Shown here: piece after piece, positions 54,675-64,000 of the stretch | Position numbering within the stretch: the first letter of the stretch is position 1 | Layout: each line of letters begins with the position of its first letter | Assembly (NCBI GenBank): GCA_044869275.1 | Contig: JBIOXB010000036.1 | Location: forward strand, 1 to 64,000 | Direction: 5' to 3' | DNA: 64,000 bases | From: a bacterium | Lineage (GTDB): Bacteria; Zhuqueibacterota; Zhuqueibacteria; Zhuqueibacterales; Zhuqueibacteraceae | The notes under the pieces: generated by a model | Database searches by the model: none | Told to the model about the DNA's origin: nothing | What the model saw: the letters and a program-made list of their open reading frames with translations, nothing else | Program-made: the position numbers and the translations under genes

Positions 54675-57600
54675 ATGAATCATTCCTACCTGCAACTCGA
54701 ACGCCGCCTGGAAGAAGCATTGCAAGCCTGGCGGCGCAGCCGCTGGCAACGCGGGCTGAGTGTCGCGCTTTTCGGATTGCTCGCCATTTTGGCCTTCGTT
54801 TATTGGGTGGAACCTCACCGGCCAATTTTGTGGTGGGCGACGCTGGCGGCCTTGTCCCTCGGGTGGGTGATGCTCTTGGCGAAGTTTTTTATTCTGCCTT
54901 TGCGTAGCCGCCCCACGCTCGCGCAAGTCGCACGCTTTCTGGAAGAACAGCATCCCGAGCTGGAAGATCGCCTGGCAACCGCGGTGGAATTCGGTGCCCG
55001 CCGTATCAAAGCAGATGAGCAAACGTGGCTGGACCGCATGATTCGTGAAGCGATCACACGCACCGCCACCATGAATTTCCCGCAACAGTTGCAGCTTCCC
55101 TTTGCCCGTGGCTGGCAATTCCTGGCGGCGGCCGCGGCGATTTTATTCTTCCTGGTGCTGCTCAATTACTCCGGGCCGTTTCAGAGCAGAGTGGCGGGCT
55201 ATCTCGAAAAGCCGAGCGCGCCGGCGCCCACCGTCAGCCAGTTGCAAATCACGCCCGGGGACGCCAAAGTGGCGCGCGGTGAAACGGTGGAAATCGCTGC
55301 GCGCACGCCGCAGCTCGAGCTCACGCAGGCGACCATCTATTTGGAAACCCGCCGCGCTTCCTGGCAGCCGAGCGCCATGAATCTTGCGGCACAACCGGGA
55401 GAATTCGCGCACAAAGTCTTTGACGTGCGCGACACCCTGCGCTACTACGTGCGCGCGGGCGACGAGCTTTCACCGATTTATACGCTGTTCCCGCTGGAGG
55501 CGCCGGAAATCAAAAGCTTTCGTGTCAGGTATCGTTATCCGGCGGGAATGGGCCTATCGCCCAAGGGCGAAAGCGTGAGCGGCGATATTTACGCGCCCGC
55601 CGGCACCACGATCGATTTGGAAGTTGTCGCGACCCAGTCCTTGCGCCGTGCCGAGGTGCGCATGGGCGACACGGCTTTTCAGGAGATGATCGTCGCTGCG
55701 GACACGTTGGCGCGCCATGCTTTCAAAGTGGAGAAAGACAGCTATTACGTGCTGCGGCTGACCAATCATGATGGTTTGAAGAATGCGCCGACCGAATATT
55801 TCATTCATGCTACGCCGGATCAAGCCCCGCAAATCACCATTCTGCAGCCGGGTCGCGATTTGCGGCCGACGATGCTCGAAGAAGTAACGGTGGAAGTCGA
55901 GGTGCGAGAAGATTACGGTCTGCGCCGGTTCGATTTGGTTTATGCGCGCAATAATGGCGGGCAGCTCCGGCAAAACTTGCTGCCGTTGCTCGCGCGCGCC
56001 GCGCCGAACTCATTCGGCGCGAGCACGCTGCTTGCTCTTGAAGACCTCGGCGTGCAACCGGGCGATTTCATCTCTTATTATTTCGAAGCGGCAGACGCGG
56101 CGCAGCAAGCCAGCAGTGATTTGTATTTTCTTGAAGCCCGCCCGTTCGAGGAAGAATTCTACCGCGCACTCAGCCAGGGCAGCAGCGGCAGCAGCCCGGC
56201 AACGAACCTGGCGCTGTCACAAAAAGAAATCATCACCGCAACCTGGAAGCTGGAGCAAATGCGCGGGCATCTCGCCGCGGCCGAGCTGCCGAGCGGCAGC
56301 AAGGCGCTGGCGGAAACTCAGGAAGGCTTGCGCGAGTCCATCCAGCAAATGGCCGGGCATGCGAAGCTGCGCTCGCAGTTCGTCGACGAAGGCGCCGCGG
56401 GCAATATGGTGCAGTTTCTCGAGCAGGCCGCAGAGGCGATGCGCGAAGCCGTGCCGTTGCTGGAAACGGCCAAACTTGCAGAAGCACTCGATCCCGAGCG
56501 CCGCGCTTATCATGCTTTGCTGCAGGCGGAAGCAGAGATTCGCCGGCGCGAGCTGACGCAATCATCGAATGCGGCGAGCTCGTACAACCAGCTGCAAAGC
56601 CGCGACGATTTGCAGCGCCTTTTCAAAGACGAATTGGAAAAGATTCAATCCAAGTACGAAACGTTCGAGAACAGCCGCCAGCAGCAACACGACGCGCAAA
56701 TGAACGAGGCGCAGGAAAAGGTGCGCGAGCTGGCGCAGCGGCAGGAACGGCTCGTCGATCTCAACCGCCGGCTGGCGCGGGAGAACCTGAATGAAGAAAA
56801 TCGCCGGCAAATCGAGCGTTTGCGCCGCGAGCAGGAGCAAATCAACCGCGATTTGCAACAGCTCCGGCAGCGCATGGAGCCGCTCGACCAGAATGGCGCA
56901 AATGCCGGCAACCAAAACACGCAACAGGCATTGCGCGAAACCATCGAAGAAATGCAGCGTGCGAGCGACAGCCTGCGTCGCAACAGCCCGTCGCAGGCGG
57001 CGGCAGAGGGCAATCGCGCGCTGGAGCGGCTCAACCGGCTGACCGAACAATTACAGCGCGAACAAACTGGCTCCTTGCGCGAGCAGCTGGCGGAGCTGCA
57101 AAACGAATTGCAGCAATTGGGCGTGGCACAATCGCAGCTCAGCGAACGGCTTCCCGACCCGCAAGGGCCGTCGACCGGCGACCCATACGCGGAGGAGGCA
57201 CAAGCGCAACAGTGGCAGGAACAGCAAAAGGATTTGCGCCAGCGCACGGAGCGCGTCCAGGACAAATTGCGCCAAACGCAAACAGCGGCGCGCAGCAAGC
57301 CGGAAGAGAAAGAAATCGCGCGCGATCTTTCCGAGGCTTTGCAAGAAATGGACAAGCGAAAGATCGCACAGCGCATGGACGAGGCTGGACGCGCGCTGGA
57401 GCAAAAAGATTGGCAGCAAGCCCGGCAGCGACAGAAAGAAGCCGCACAGGGCTTGCGCCGTGCGGAATCGGCACTGCGGGAAAGCTTGTCGCAATTGGCG
57501 GAAACTCCGGAAGAAAAACTCAATGACGCATTTCAGGAAGCGCATCGTTTGCGCGAGCGCCTGGAGGAATCCCTGCAACAAACGCGCCTTGCGCAGGGAG

Positions 57601-58058
57601 CTGCAGAGGCCGAGCGCGCCGGCGCTCCGCCATCACCAGACGCGGGCAAGCCATCGAAGCCGCAAGGGGCTTCCGGCGAACAGATTTCTGGCAATGAAAA
57701 ACTGTCGCCGGAAAACATGGATTGGTGGAATGAAAATCTGTGGAACGGCATGCGCCGCCTGGAACGATTACAGCCGTCGGTGCAGGGTGACAGCGCGCTG
57801 GGCGGTGACTATCGTGATTTGATGAAAGGCTACCGCGGCTTTCTGCAGTCTTTTCGTGGCGGTGATCCGTTGCGGCTGGAGCACCTCGAAAATCAGCTGC
57901 TGGATCCGTTGCGCCGTTTTGAGGCCGAATTGGCGACGCGCCTGGGGACCTTGCAGCAGCAAGAACGCTTGCTCAGCGTGCGCGATGAACAAGTGCCGCC
58001 GCAATATCGCCAGATGGTGGAGGAATACTTCAAGCGGCTGGCGCAAAACAAGAAGTGA
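54675..58058 (+). CDS. DUF4175-like membrane protein: TM region, Ig-like domains, long Gln/Glu coiled coil
   Basis: HPELEDRLATAVE, PGDAKVARGE, DQAPQI...PGRD, EDYGL, PGDFISYY, RPFEEEF, terminal VPPQYRQMVEEYFKRL. Confidence 0.82.
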   Translation: MNHSYLQLERRLEEALQAWRRSRWQRGLSVALFGLLAILAFVYWVEPHRPILWWATLAALSLGWVMLLAKFFILPLRSRPTLAQVARFLEEQHPELEDRLATAVEFGARRIKADEQTWLDRMIREAITRTATMNFPQQLQLPFARGWQFLAAAAAILFFLVLLNYSGPFQSRVAGYLEKPSAPAPTVSQLQITPGDAKVARGETVEIAARTPQLELTQATIYLETRRASWQPSAMNLAAQPGEFAHKVFDVRDTLRYYVRAGDELSPIYTLFPLEAPEIKSFRVRYRYPAGMGLSPKGESVSGDIYAPAGTTIDLEVVATQSLRRAEVRMGDTAFQEMIVAADTLARHAFKVEKDSYYVLRLTNHDGLKNAPTEYFIHATPDQAPQITILQPGRDLRPTMLEEVTVEVEVREDYGLRRFDLVYARNNGGQLRQNLLPLLARAAPNSFGASTLLALEDLGVQPGDFISYYFEAADAAQQASSDLYFLEARPFEEEFYRALSQGSSGSSPATNLALSQKEIITATWKLEQMRGHLAAAELPSGSKALAETQEGLRESIQQMAGHAKLRSQFVDEGAAGNMVQFLEQAAEAMREAVPLLETAKLAEALDPERRAYHALLQAEAEIRRRELTQSSNAASSYNQLQSRDDLQRLFKDELEKIQSKYETFENSRQQQHDAQMNEAQEKVRELAQRQERLVDLNRRLARENLNEENRRQIERLRREQEQINRDLQQLRQRMEPLDQNGANAGNQNTQQALRETIEEMQRASDSLRRNSPSQAAAEGNRALERLNRLTEQLQREQTGSLREQLAELQNELQQLGVAQSQLSERLPDPQGPSTGDPYAEEAQAQQWQEQQKDLRQRTERVQDKLRQTQTAARSKPEEKEIARDLSEALQEMDKRKIAQRMDEAGRALEQKDWQQARQRQKEAAQGLRRAESALRESLSQLAETPEEKLNDAFQEAHRLRERLEESLQQTRLAQGAAEAERAGAPPSPDAGKPSKPQGASGEQISGNEKLSPENMDWWNENLWNGMRRLERLQPSVQGDSALGGDYRDLMKGYRGFLQSFRGGDPLRLEHLENQLLDPLRRFEAELATRLGTLQQQERLLSVRDEQVPPQYRQMVEEYFKRLAQNKK

Positions 58059-58163
58059 GCGATTGCCCTATGCTCGCCCGGGATTTCCAATCTCTGGCGT
58101 AGCCGAATACGGCAGCATTTAAATATCCGGGTCTACAAAACCTATTGCTGAACCACAGCATCC

Positions 58164-60464
58164 ATGTTCGACATTCTTTTTAAATACAGCCCTGTCGTTT
58201 ACGAGCAAGGCCAGTGGATTTGGCACAGCCGGCCGGCAAGTCTTGCTTTGTTCGCCCTTACCAGCCTCATCGTTTTCACGCTGCTGCTGGCGTATCGCCG
58301 CACCACGACGACGTTGCAGCGCTCGTGGCATGTTGCCCTCATTGTGATACGTGGGGCATGCCTGGCGATTCTGGCTTTTTGTTTGCTGGAACCCGCGCTT
58401 TCGGTTTCCACCATCGTGACGCAGAAGAGTTCAGTGTTGGTGTTGGTAGATGATTCGGAAAGCATGTCGATTCCGGATGCCCCCGGCGGGCAGCGGCGCA
58501 TGCAGCAAGTGGCAGCCTGGCTCGATGGCGACGCGCAAAGGGACGGAGTTCTCCACCGCCTGGAAGAGAATTTTCGCGTTGCCACTTTTCGCTTTGATGC
58601 GCGCGTCCAACCTTTGTCCGGCACCGAAGCTCTGAAGGCCGGCGGCAAGAGCACGAATATTGCACAAGCTTTGTCCTTTGCCGCGCAACAAGCGCAGCAG
58701 CGCGCGCTTTCCGGTGTGATCCTGGTCACGGATGGCGCGGCCTCTGCCGGCGCCGATCCATTGCACGCGGTGCGTGATTTGATTGCGGGCAATGTGCCGG
58801 TCTTTACCGTGGGCGTGGGAACGAAAATCGCTCACGACGTGCAGATCGCCAAAGTCAGCGCCACGCCCGCGGTCCTGGAAAATGACATGGTCGAAGTCAA
58901 TGCGCTGCTGCAAGCGCGCGGATATGTGGACCAGAAAGCCGAAATTGAGTTGCGCGAAAGCGGCACCGTCTTGCAGCGGCAAAGTGTCACCCTGGATGAA
59001 GCGAGCAAGCGCGTGAGCATGTCTTTCGCGCCGCGTGCCGGTTTTGCGCAATATACGCTCGCAGTACAGCCACTGCCGCGTGAAGTGGTGGCCAGCAACA
59101 ATCAAAAGAGCTTTTTGGTGAACAGCCGCAAGCGCACGGCGCGCATTCTCTACGTCGAGGAAATCTCGCCGTGGGAATTCAAATTCATCCAGCGCGCGCT
59201 CGAGGGCGATCCTGCGGTGCAACTGACTGCGCTGTTGAAAACCGGGCAGGAAAAATTTCTGCGTTTGGGGCTGCGCGACGCCAACGAACTCGCGCAAGGG
59301 TTTCCCAAAAGCGCAGCGGAATTGTTCGGTTATCAGGCTGTCATTCTGCGCAATGTGCCTGCCGATTTCTTTTCCGCGGAGCAATTGCAGCTTTTGCATG
59401 ATTTTGTGGACAAACGCGGCGGCGGCTTCATGATGCTGGGCGGCATGAAATCCTTTTCCGAGGGCCGCTATAATAACACGCCCGTGGCAGAGTTGCTCCC
59501 GCTGGAATTGCTGCCCCTTTTCGCCGCGGACGGCCGGGCGATTCCTCCACAGTTTCATGAAGAATTCCGTTTCACGCCCATGGCGGAGTATTTGAACACA
59601 CCGCTGCTGCAGCTCGATCCGGAGCCCCTGGCCAATTTGAAAATGTGGGAAGCTTTGCCGCTGTTGCAAGGTTACAACCCGCTGGGCGGGGCCAAGCCCG
59701 GCGCGACGATTCTCGCCGTGCATCCCCTACATCGCGCCGAGTCGCCGCGTATCGTGCTGGCGACGCAGCGTTTTGGCCGCGGCCGCGTGGCGGCGCTCGC
59801 CACTGGAACCACTTGGCGCTGGCAAATGCATCGCGAACACACGGACATGACGCACGAGCGCTTTTGGCGCCAGCTGGCGCGCTGGCTGAGCGTGACAGCC
59901 CCGGAAGCGGTGGCGGTCGAGCTCGAGCGTGAAAGCTTCTCACCGCACGAAAGTGTCGCGATCCACATTGAAGTGAGAGACAGCGTATTTGCGCCGCAGC
60001 TCCAAGCCAACGTCACCGTCAAGATTACGGGGCCGAGACAGCAAGCGACTTCGCTGCAGGCCGCCACCGATCTCACCGGCGAACAAATCGGAGAGGCCGC
60101 GAAATATCTGGCCAACTTCGAAACCGCAACAGAGGGGCTTTATCACGTCGAGATCCTGGCGCACGACCGGCAAGGCCGTTATCTCGGCAATGCGGAATCG
60201 GCTTTTTTTGTCGAGCCTTCGCAAGCCGAGCTGGCGAATCCCGACGTGCAGTCGCCCTTGCTGCAACGCTTGGCGGAAATGACCAAAGGCCGCTATTTTC
60301 CCATTGCCCAGGCGCAGGACTTGCCCGATGCCCTCAAAATCGCGGAGAGCTCTTATTCCAAAATGGCGGAGCACGACGTGTGGGACGCGCCGGTTTTCTT
60401 TTTGGCGATGGTTTTGTTGCTGGCGGCGGAATGGTATATCCGGCGCGCACGAGGGTTGTCGTGA
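58164..60464 (+). CDS. Membrane protein with VWA and GATase1-like domains
   Basis: DDSESM, VTDG, WEFKFIQRAL, GFPKSAAELFGY, RGGGFMMLGG, FGRGRV, TWRW, FWRQLARWL, C-terminal TM (AAEWYIRR). Confidence 0.85.
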   Translation: MFDILFKYSPVVYEQGQWIWHSRPASLALFALTSLIVFTLLLAYRRTTTTLQRSWHVALIVIRGACLAILAFCLLEPALSVSTIVTQKSSVLVLVDDSESMSIPDAPGGQRRMQQVAAWLDGDAQRDGVLHRLEENFRVATFRFDARVQPLSGTEALKAGGKSTNIAQALSFAAQQAQQRALSGVILVTDGAASAGADPLHAVRDLIAGNVPVFTVGVGTKIAHDVQIAKVSATPAVLENDMVEVNALLQARGYVDQKAEIELRESGTVLQRQSVTLDEASKRVSMSFAPRAGFAQYTLAVQPLPREVVASNNQKSFLVNSRKRTARILYVEEISPWEFKFIQRALEGDPAVQLTALLKTGQEKFLRLGLRDANELAQGFPKSAAELFGYQAVILRNVPADFFSAEQLQLLHDFVDKRGGGFMMLGGMKSFSEGRYNNTPVAELLPLELLPLFAADGRAIPPQFHEEFRFTPMAEYLNTPLLQLDPEPLANLKMWEALPLLQGYNPLGGAKPGATILAVHPLHRAESPRIVLATQRFGRGRVAALATGTTWRWQMHREHTDMTHERFWRQLARWLSVTAPEAVAVELERESFSPHESVAIHIEVRDSVFAPQLQANVTVKITGPRQQATSLQAATDLTGEQIGEAAKYLANFETATEGLYHVEILAHDRQGRYLGNAESAFFVEPSQAELANPDVQSPLLQRLAEMTKGRYFPIAQAQDLPDALKIAESSYSKMAEHDVWDAPVFFLAMVLLLAAEWYIRRARGLS

Positions 60465-60562
60465 TAAATTTTTAGAGCCACGACTCCCCATTGCCTAAAA
60501 AAGAAAGATTCTTCTGAAATGGCAGTTTACGGAAATCCGCACCAAAAAGCTCCTCATCTGCT

Positions 60563-61615
60563 ATGAAAAAAACTTGCTTCGCCCAATGCCGTCACGCGCT
60601 GTTCATTGGTGCGGCAATCATCTTAGCTTGGCATACTGCACTGCTCTCCAATACTCGCGTGTTCATCATCGCCGGCAAAGGCGGCACGCCGGAATACACG
60701 GAGAAATTCCATACCTTCGCACAACGTCTGCAAACGGCGCTGGTCAATCACCACAATTTTACACCCGAGCAAATCAAGATTTTATCCGAAACCGGAGACG
60801 GTTCACCCTCAAGCCGGCTGCTGTGCAATGCGCAAAATGTGGAACAAGTCCTTGCCGAGCTTGCGGCGGAACTGCAGCCGGACGATCAGCTCGTCATCAT
60901 TCTTTTTGGGCATGGCAGCTCGGACGGCGTGGTTTCGAAGTTCAATCTGGCCGGGCCGGATTTGCGCGACCTCGATTTCGCGCGTTTATTGGAGCGCGTG
61001 CTAACGCCACGGCAAATATTCATTAACACCAGCTCCGCCAGCGCCGGCTTCATTGAAAAGCTGGCGCGCAAAGAGCGGGTGATCATCACCGCCACGCGCA
61101 GTCCAGAAGAGAATTTTGCCACAAAATTTCCCGAGTATTTCGTTGAAGCATTTGAAAAGAAGGAGGAGGTCGATCTCAACAAGGACCAGCAGATTTCGTT
61201 GCTCGAAATCTTCGACTATACGCGGGATCAAGTAGTGAGATTTTACGAGCAGGCGAACCGCCTGCGGCCCGAGCATCCGCTGCTCGACGACAACGGGGAT
61301 GGCGTGGGCAGCGAAACTCCCTTGGTCCATGCGAGCGATGCGCCGCCGCACGGCGAGCAAACACAAAACGCCGACGGCGCACTGGCCGCGCGCACCGTTT
61401 TGACGGCAGTCGCGCCGTCAGCCAGCCCGGTGTTGACTGCGGCGGAAAGAGCAGACACTCCCGCGGAGAAAAAAAAGACAAAATTGCTTGCCGAAATCGA
61501 AGACTTGAAAGCGCAAAAAAGCTCCATGCCCGTGACGGATTACGAACGCAAACTCGAGACGCTGTTTATCGAACTGGCCAAATTGAACCGTGAAATCAAG
61601 AAAACTTCTCAATAA
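60563..61615 (+). CDS. Exported caspase/peptidase C13-fold protein
   Basis: FGHGS, FNLAGPDL, INTSSASAGF, VIITAT, DLNKDQQISLLE, EHPLLDDNGDG. Confidence 0.65.
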   Translation: MKKTCFAQCRHALFIGAAIILAWHTALLSNTRVFIIAGKGGTPEYTEKFHTFAQRLQTALVNHHNFTPEQIKILSETGDGSPSSRLLCNAQNVEQVLAELAAELQPDDQLVIILFGHGSSDGVVSKFNLAGPDLRDLDFARLLERVLTPRQIFINTSSASAGFIEKLARKERVIITATRSPEENFATKFPEYFVEAFEKKEEVDLNKDQQISLLEIFDYTRDQVVRFYEQANRLRPEHPLLDDNGDGVGSETPLVHASDAPPHGEQTQNADGALAARTVLTAVAPSASPVLTAAERADTPAEKKKTKLLAEIEDLKAQKSSMPVTDYERKLETLFIELAKLNREIKKTSQ

Positions 61616-61663
61616 ACACCCCGCTCTCTTCGAATTCTCTTGCCGACTTGCCGGAATTTCTGC

Positions 61664-61692
61664 TTGACATTGCGCGCTCGCATAATTACATT
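61664..61692 (+). promoter_or_regulatory. Sigma70-type promoter for the oxidase operon
   Basis: TTGACA-N17-TACATT. Confidence 0.6.
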
Positions 61693-61748
61693 GACCGACA
61701 ATTTTTTTGCGTATGATGCGGGCATGACGCCCATCTTGAAAAACTGCT

Positions 61749-62540
61749 GTGAGCCGAATTTATTCCGCACGCCAGATTCTCGTTCTGATCTATTGCAGCG
61801 CCTTCGGTTGGCTCGGCTGCCGTGGTGATTCCGGTCACGAAGCCGCTTCACCCGCTTCCGGGCATACGCTCACCGCGGCCGAATTCGAGCAGAATGCGAC
61901 CAGCGCAGTCGCTGGCCACGCTTTTTTCGAGGGCCGGCTCCCGGAACCGAAAGTATGGCGCGTGGCGAGCAGCGATCCTGGCTGCGCGCCAGAAGGCCAC
62001 GACTTGATTGAATCCGAAGAAATCGTGGTCAACACCAATGGCACGCTCCGCAACGTTTTTATTTACATTTCCAGCGATTTGAGCTCGCTCCAATTTCCGC
62101 TCCCTTCCGGGCCGGTGATTTTGGACCAGCGCGGCTGTCGCTATGTGCCGCACGTGTTCGGCCTGCGCGCCGGACAAGAGCTGCAGATTTGGAATGGCGA
62201 TAGCACCATGCACAACGTGCACGCTGCGCCACGGCGCAACCACGCTTTTAACATTGGCATGACGCGGGTGGTCAAAAAGCTCGCACGCGCATTTGACCGG
62301 CCGGAAGTGATGATACCCTTCAACTGCAATGTGCATCCGTGGATGTCAGCTTATGCCGGCGTGTTGGACCACCCCTTTTTCGCCATCACCAATACGGAAG
62401 GCAGTTTTCGGCTGGGTTTGTTGCCGCCGGGCGAATACGAAATCACCGCCTGGCACGAGCGGTTTGGCGTTTTGAAGCAGAGCGTGAAGCTGGGGCCAAC
62501 CGAGGAGCGGCGGGTTGATTTCAGTTTTCTGGCGCGCTGA
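61749..62540 (+). CDS. Lipoprotein with cupredoxin-like and carboxypeptidase-regulatory-like domains
   Basis: Lipobox WLGC; LDQRGCRYVPHV, HNVH, CNVHPWMSAY, HPFFAIT, PPGEYEITAWHE. Confidence 0.8.
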   Translation: MSRIYSARQILVLIYCSAFGWLGCRGDSGHEAASPASGHTLTAAEFEQNATSAVAGHAFFEGRLPEPKVWRVASSDPGCAPEGHDLIESEEIVVNTNGTLRNVFIYISSDLSSLQFPLPSGPVILDQRGCRYVPHVFGLRAGQELQIWNGDSTMHNVHAAPRRNHAFNIGMTRVVKKLARAFDRPEVMIPFNCNVHPWMSAYAGVLDHPFFAITNTEGSFRLGLLPPGEYEITAWHERFGVLKQSVKLGPTEERRVDFSFLAR

Positions 62541-62722
62541 GGCGCGGCAAGCACATCATGGAACAGTATCATTCCATTTCGACGCTTGGGGACGAAATCT
62601 CCTCCAGCGTGACATCCATCGACTGGCTGCAATGAAACTTCTGCATCCGCAGAAGCGACACAATTATGGCGTAACCGACATGCGGCAACATCATCACCCC
62701 AAATTTTCGAGGAGAGAGGCGC

Positions 62723-63436
62723 ATGCTTGACTGGCTTCCGGAATCCCTTTCAACGTATAGCGGCGAGATCGATTTTTTCTTCTACGTCATCTATTACATC
62801 ACTACTGGAGTCTTCGCGATAGTGGCGGGCGCACTGATTTATTTTCTCATCAAATATCGCTTCCGTGAAGGCCGCCGCGCCGTGTATTCACACGGCAACA
62901 TTACGCTGGAATGGGTATGGACGCTGGCGACCACGGTGGCAATGTTGGTGCTGGCCCTGGCAAGCAAGCCGTTGTGGGGCCGTATCAAACAAGAATTGCC
63001 ACCACCGGGCGTTATCGTGCAAGTCACTGGCAAGCAATTCAATTGGGAAGTATTGTATCCCGGCCCCGACCAAGCCTTTGGTACGGCGGATGATTACCAG
63101 ATCGACAATGAAGTGCATGTGCCGGTCAACACGGTCGTGCACGTCCATCTCAAATCCAAAGACGTCATTCACAGTTTCTTTGTCCCCGTGTTGCGTTTGA
63201 AGCAAGACGCTCTGCCCGGCCGCGAGATCAAAGCGTGGTTCGAAGCCACGAAAGCCGGCGAATACGAGATTCCCTGCGCCGAGCTGTGCGGCTTTGGCCA
63301 TTCCGGCATGCTCGGCCATCTGTTCGTGCATGAGCCCGAAGATTATCAAAATTGGGTGCAACAAACCTGGCCCGCGCCCGAAAGTCCCGCCAGCAGCGAT
63401 AGCACGCAAGCCCCGGCAGAGAATCCTCAACAGTAA
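62723..63436 (+). CDS. coxB: Cytochrome c oxidase subunit II
   Basis: Two TM helices, LEWVWT, QFNW, DVIHSF, CAELCGFGHSGM (CuA); RBS GAGGAG. Confidence 0.96.
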   Translation: MLDWLPESLSTYSGEIDFFFYVIYYITTGVFAIVAGALIYFLIKYRFREGRRAVYSHGNITLEWVWTLATTVAMLVLALASKPLWGRIKQELPPPGVIVQVTGKQFNWEVLYPGPDQAFGTADDYQIDNEVHVPVNTVVHVHLKSKDVIHSFFVPVLRLKQDALPGREIKAWFEATKAGEYEIPCAELCGFGHSGMLGHLFVHEPEDYQNWVQQTWPAPESPASSDSTQAPAENPQQ

Positions 63437-63447
63437 AGGGTTGAAAG

Positions 63448-64000
63448 ATGAGCGAGACCACACACGTGCAAGAAGCACATGCGCATCAAGGTTTCATTCG
63501 CACATACATTTTTTCCACCGATCACAAAATGATCGGCAAGCAGTTTTTAATAATGGGTTTGTTGATGATGGTTCTCGGTGGCGGCTTGGCGTTGGTGTTT
63601 CGCTGGCAACTGGCCTATCCCGACAAACCGCTGCCGCTGATTGGCGCTTCGCAGAAATTCTTGGAATCCGGCGAGCCGCAAACCTTCATGGATCACAAAT
63701 GGGCGGATTGGATGAGCAAGGAGGAAGCCGAGCAAAACTGGTTCGCGCGCAACCTGCCCATGGGCACGGTCACGCCGGCGTTCTATAACTCGCTCTTTAC
63801 CATGCACGCCACCATTATGATTTTTTTCGTGGTGATGCCCATTCTCGTTGGTTGCTTCGGAAATTTTCTCATACCTTTGATGATCGGCACGCGCGATATG
63901 GCCTTTCCTCTGCTCAATATGCTTTCGTTCTGGGTCGCGTTCATTGCCGGCATCATCATGATGATCGGCTTTGTCGTGCCGGGCGGGCATGCGGCCGCGG
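63448..64000 (+). CDS. Cytochrome c oxidase subunit I, A-type (runs off the window; absent from the ORF track)
   Basis: Hand translation: [58 protein letters not shown]. Confidence 0.95.
   Translation, partial: MSETTHVQEAHAHQGFIRTYIFSTDHKMIGKQFLIMGLLMMVLGGGLALVFRWQLAYPDKPLPLIGASQKFLESGEPQTFMDHKWADWMSKEEAEQNWFARNLPMGTVTPAFYNSLFTMHATIMIFFVVMPILVGCFGNFLIPLMIGTRDMAFPLLNMLSFWVAFIAGIIMMIGFVVPGGHAAA

Overview
Bacterial chromosomal segment of moderately high GC, about 47 genes. Gene content (BamA-like barrels, a T9SS type-A sorting domain, NagB/PIG-L fusion, DUF5916, GldAFG-like ABC system) suggests an FCB-related diderm, possibly candidate division KSB1; this is inference only. Left to right: a broken DUF4153 gene, MFS transporter, UPF0104 flippase-like protein, exported HMA protein, sodC, a diheme cytochrome c lipoprotein, a KAP P-loop NTPase bracketed by a 111-bp inverted repeat pair, and a GldA/GldF-GldG/DUF4340 operon whose last 108 bp are duplicated around a DUF5916 gene. 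Then come nagB-PIG-L, a housekeeping block (histidine kinase, suhB, GNAT, mutS2, cvpA, yqeY, rpsU, rsmE, two outer-membrane barrels), a Tat-signal Mn-SOD, DUF4331+TPR with a long structured leader, and a PDZ / ECF sigma / ZAS anti-sigma module. A 16-kb uncharacterised MoxR/VWA envelope cluster follows (TPR-gluzincin, two DUF4159, MoxR, DUF58, BatA-VWA, DUF4175-like coiled coil, VWA-GATase-like, caspase-fold protein). The window ends in an A-type cytochrome c oxidase operon. Intergenic DNA is rich in palindromic elements built from 7-, 8- and 9-nt tandem units. I saw no tRNA, rRNA, CRISPR array or transposase. All family assignments are from motif recognition by eye, not database searches.
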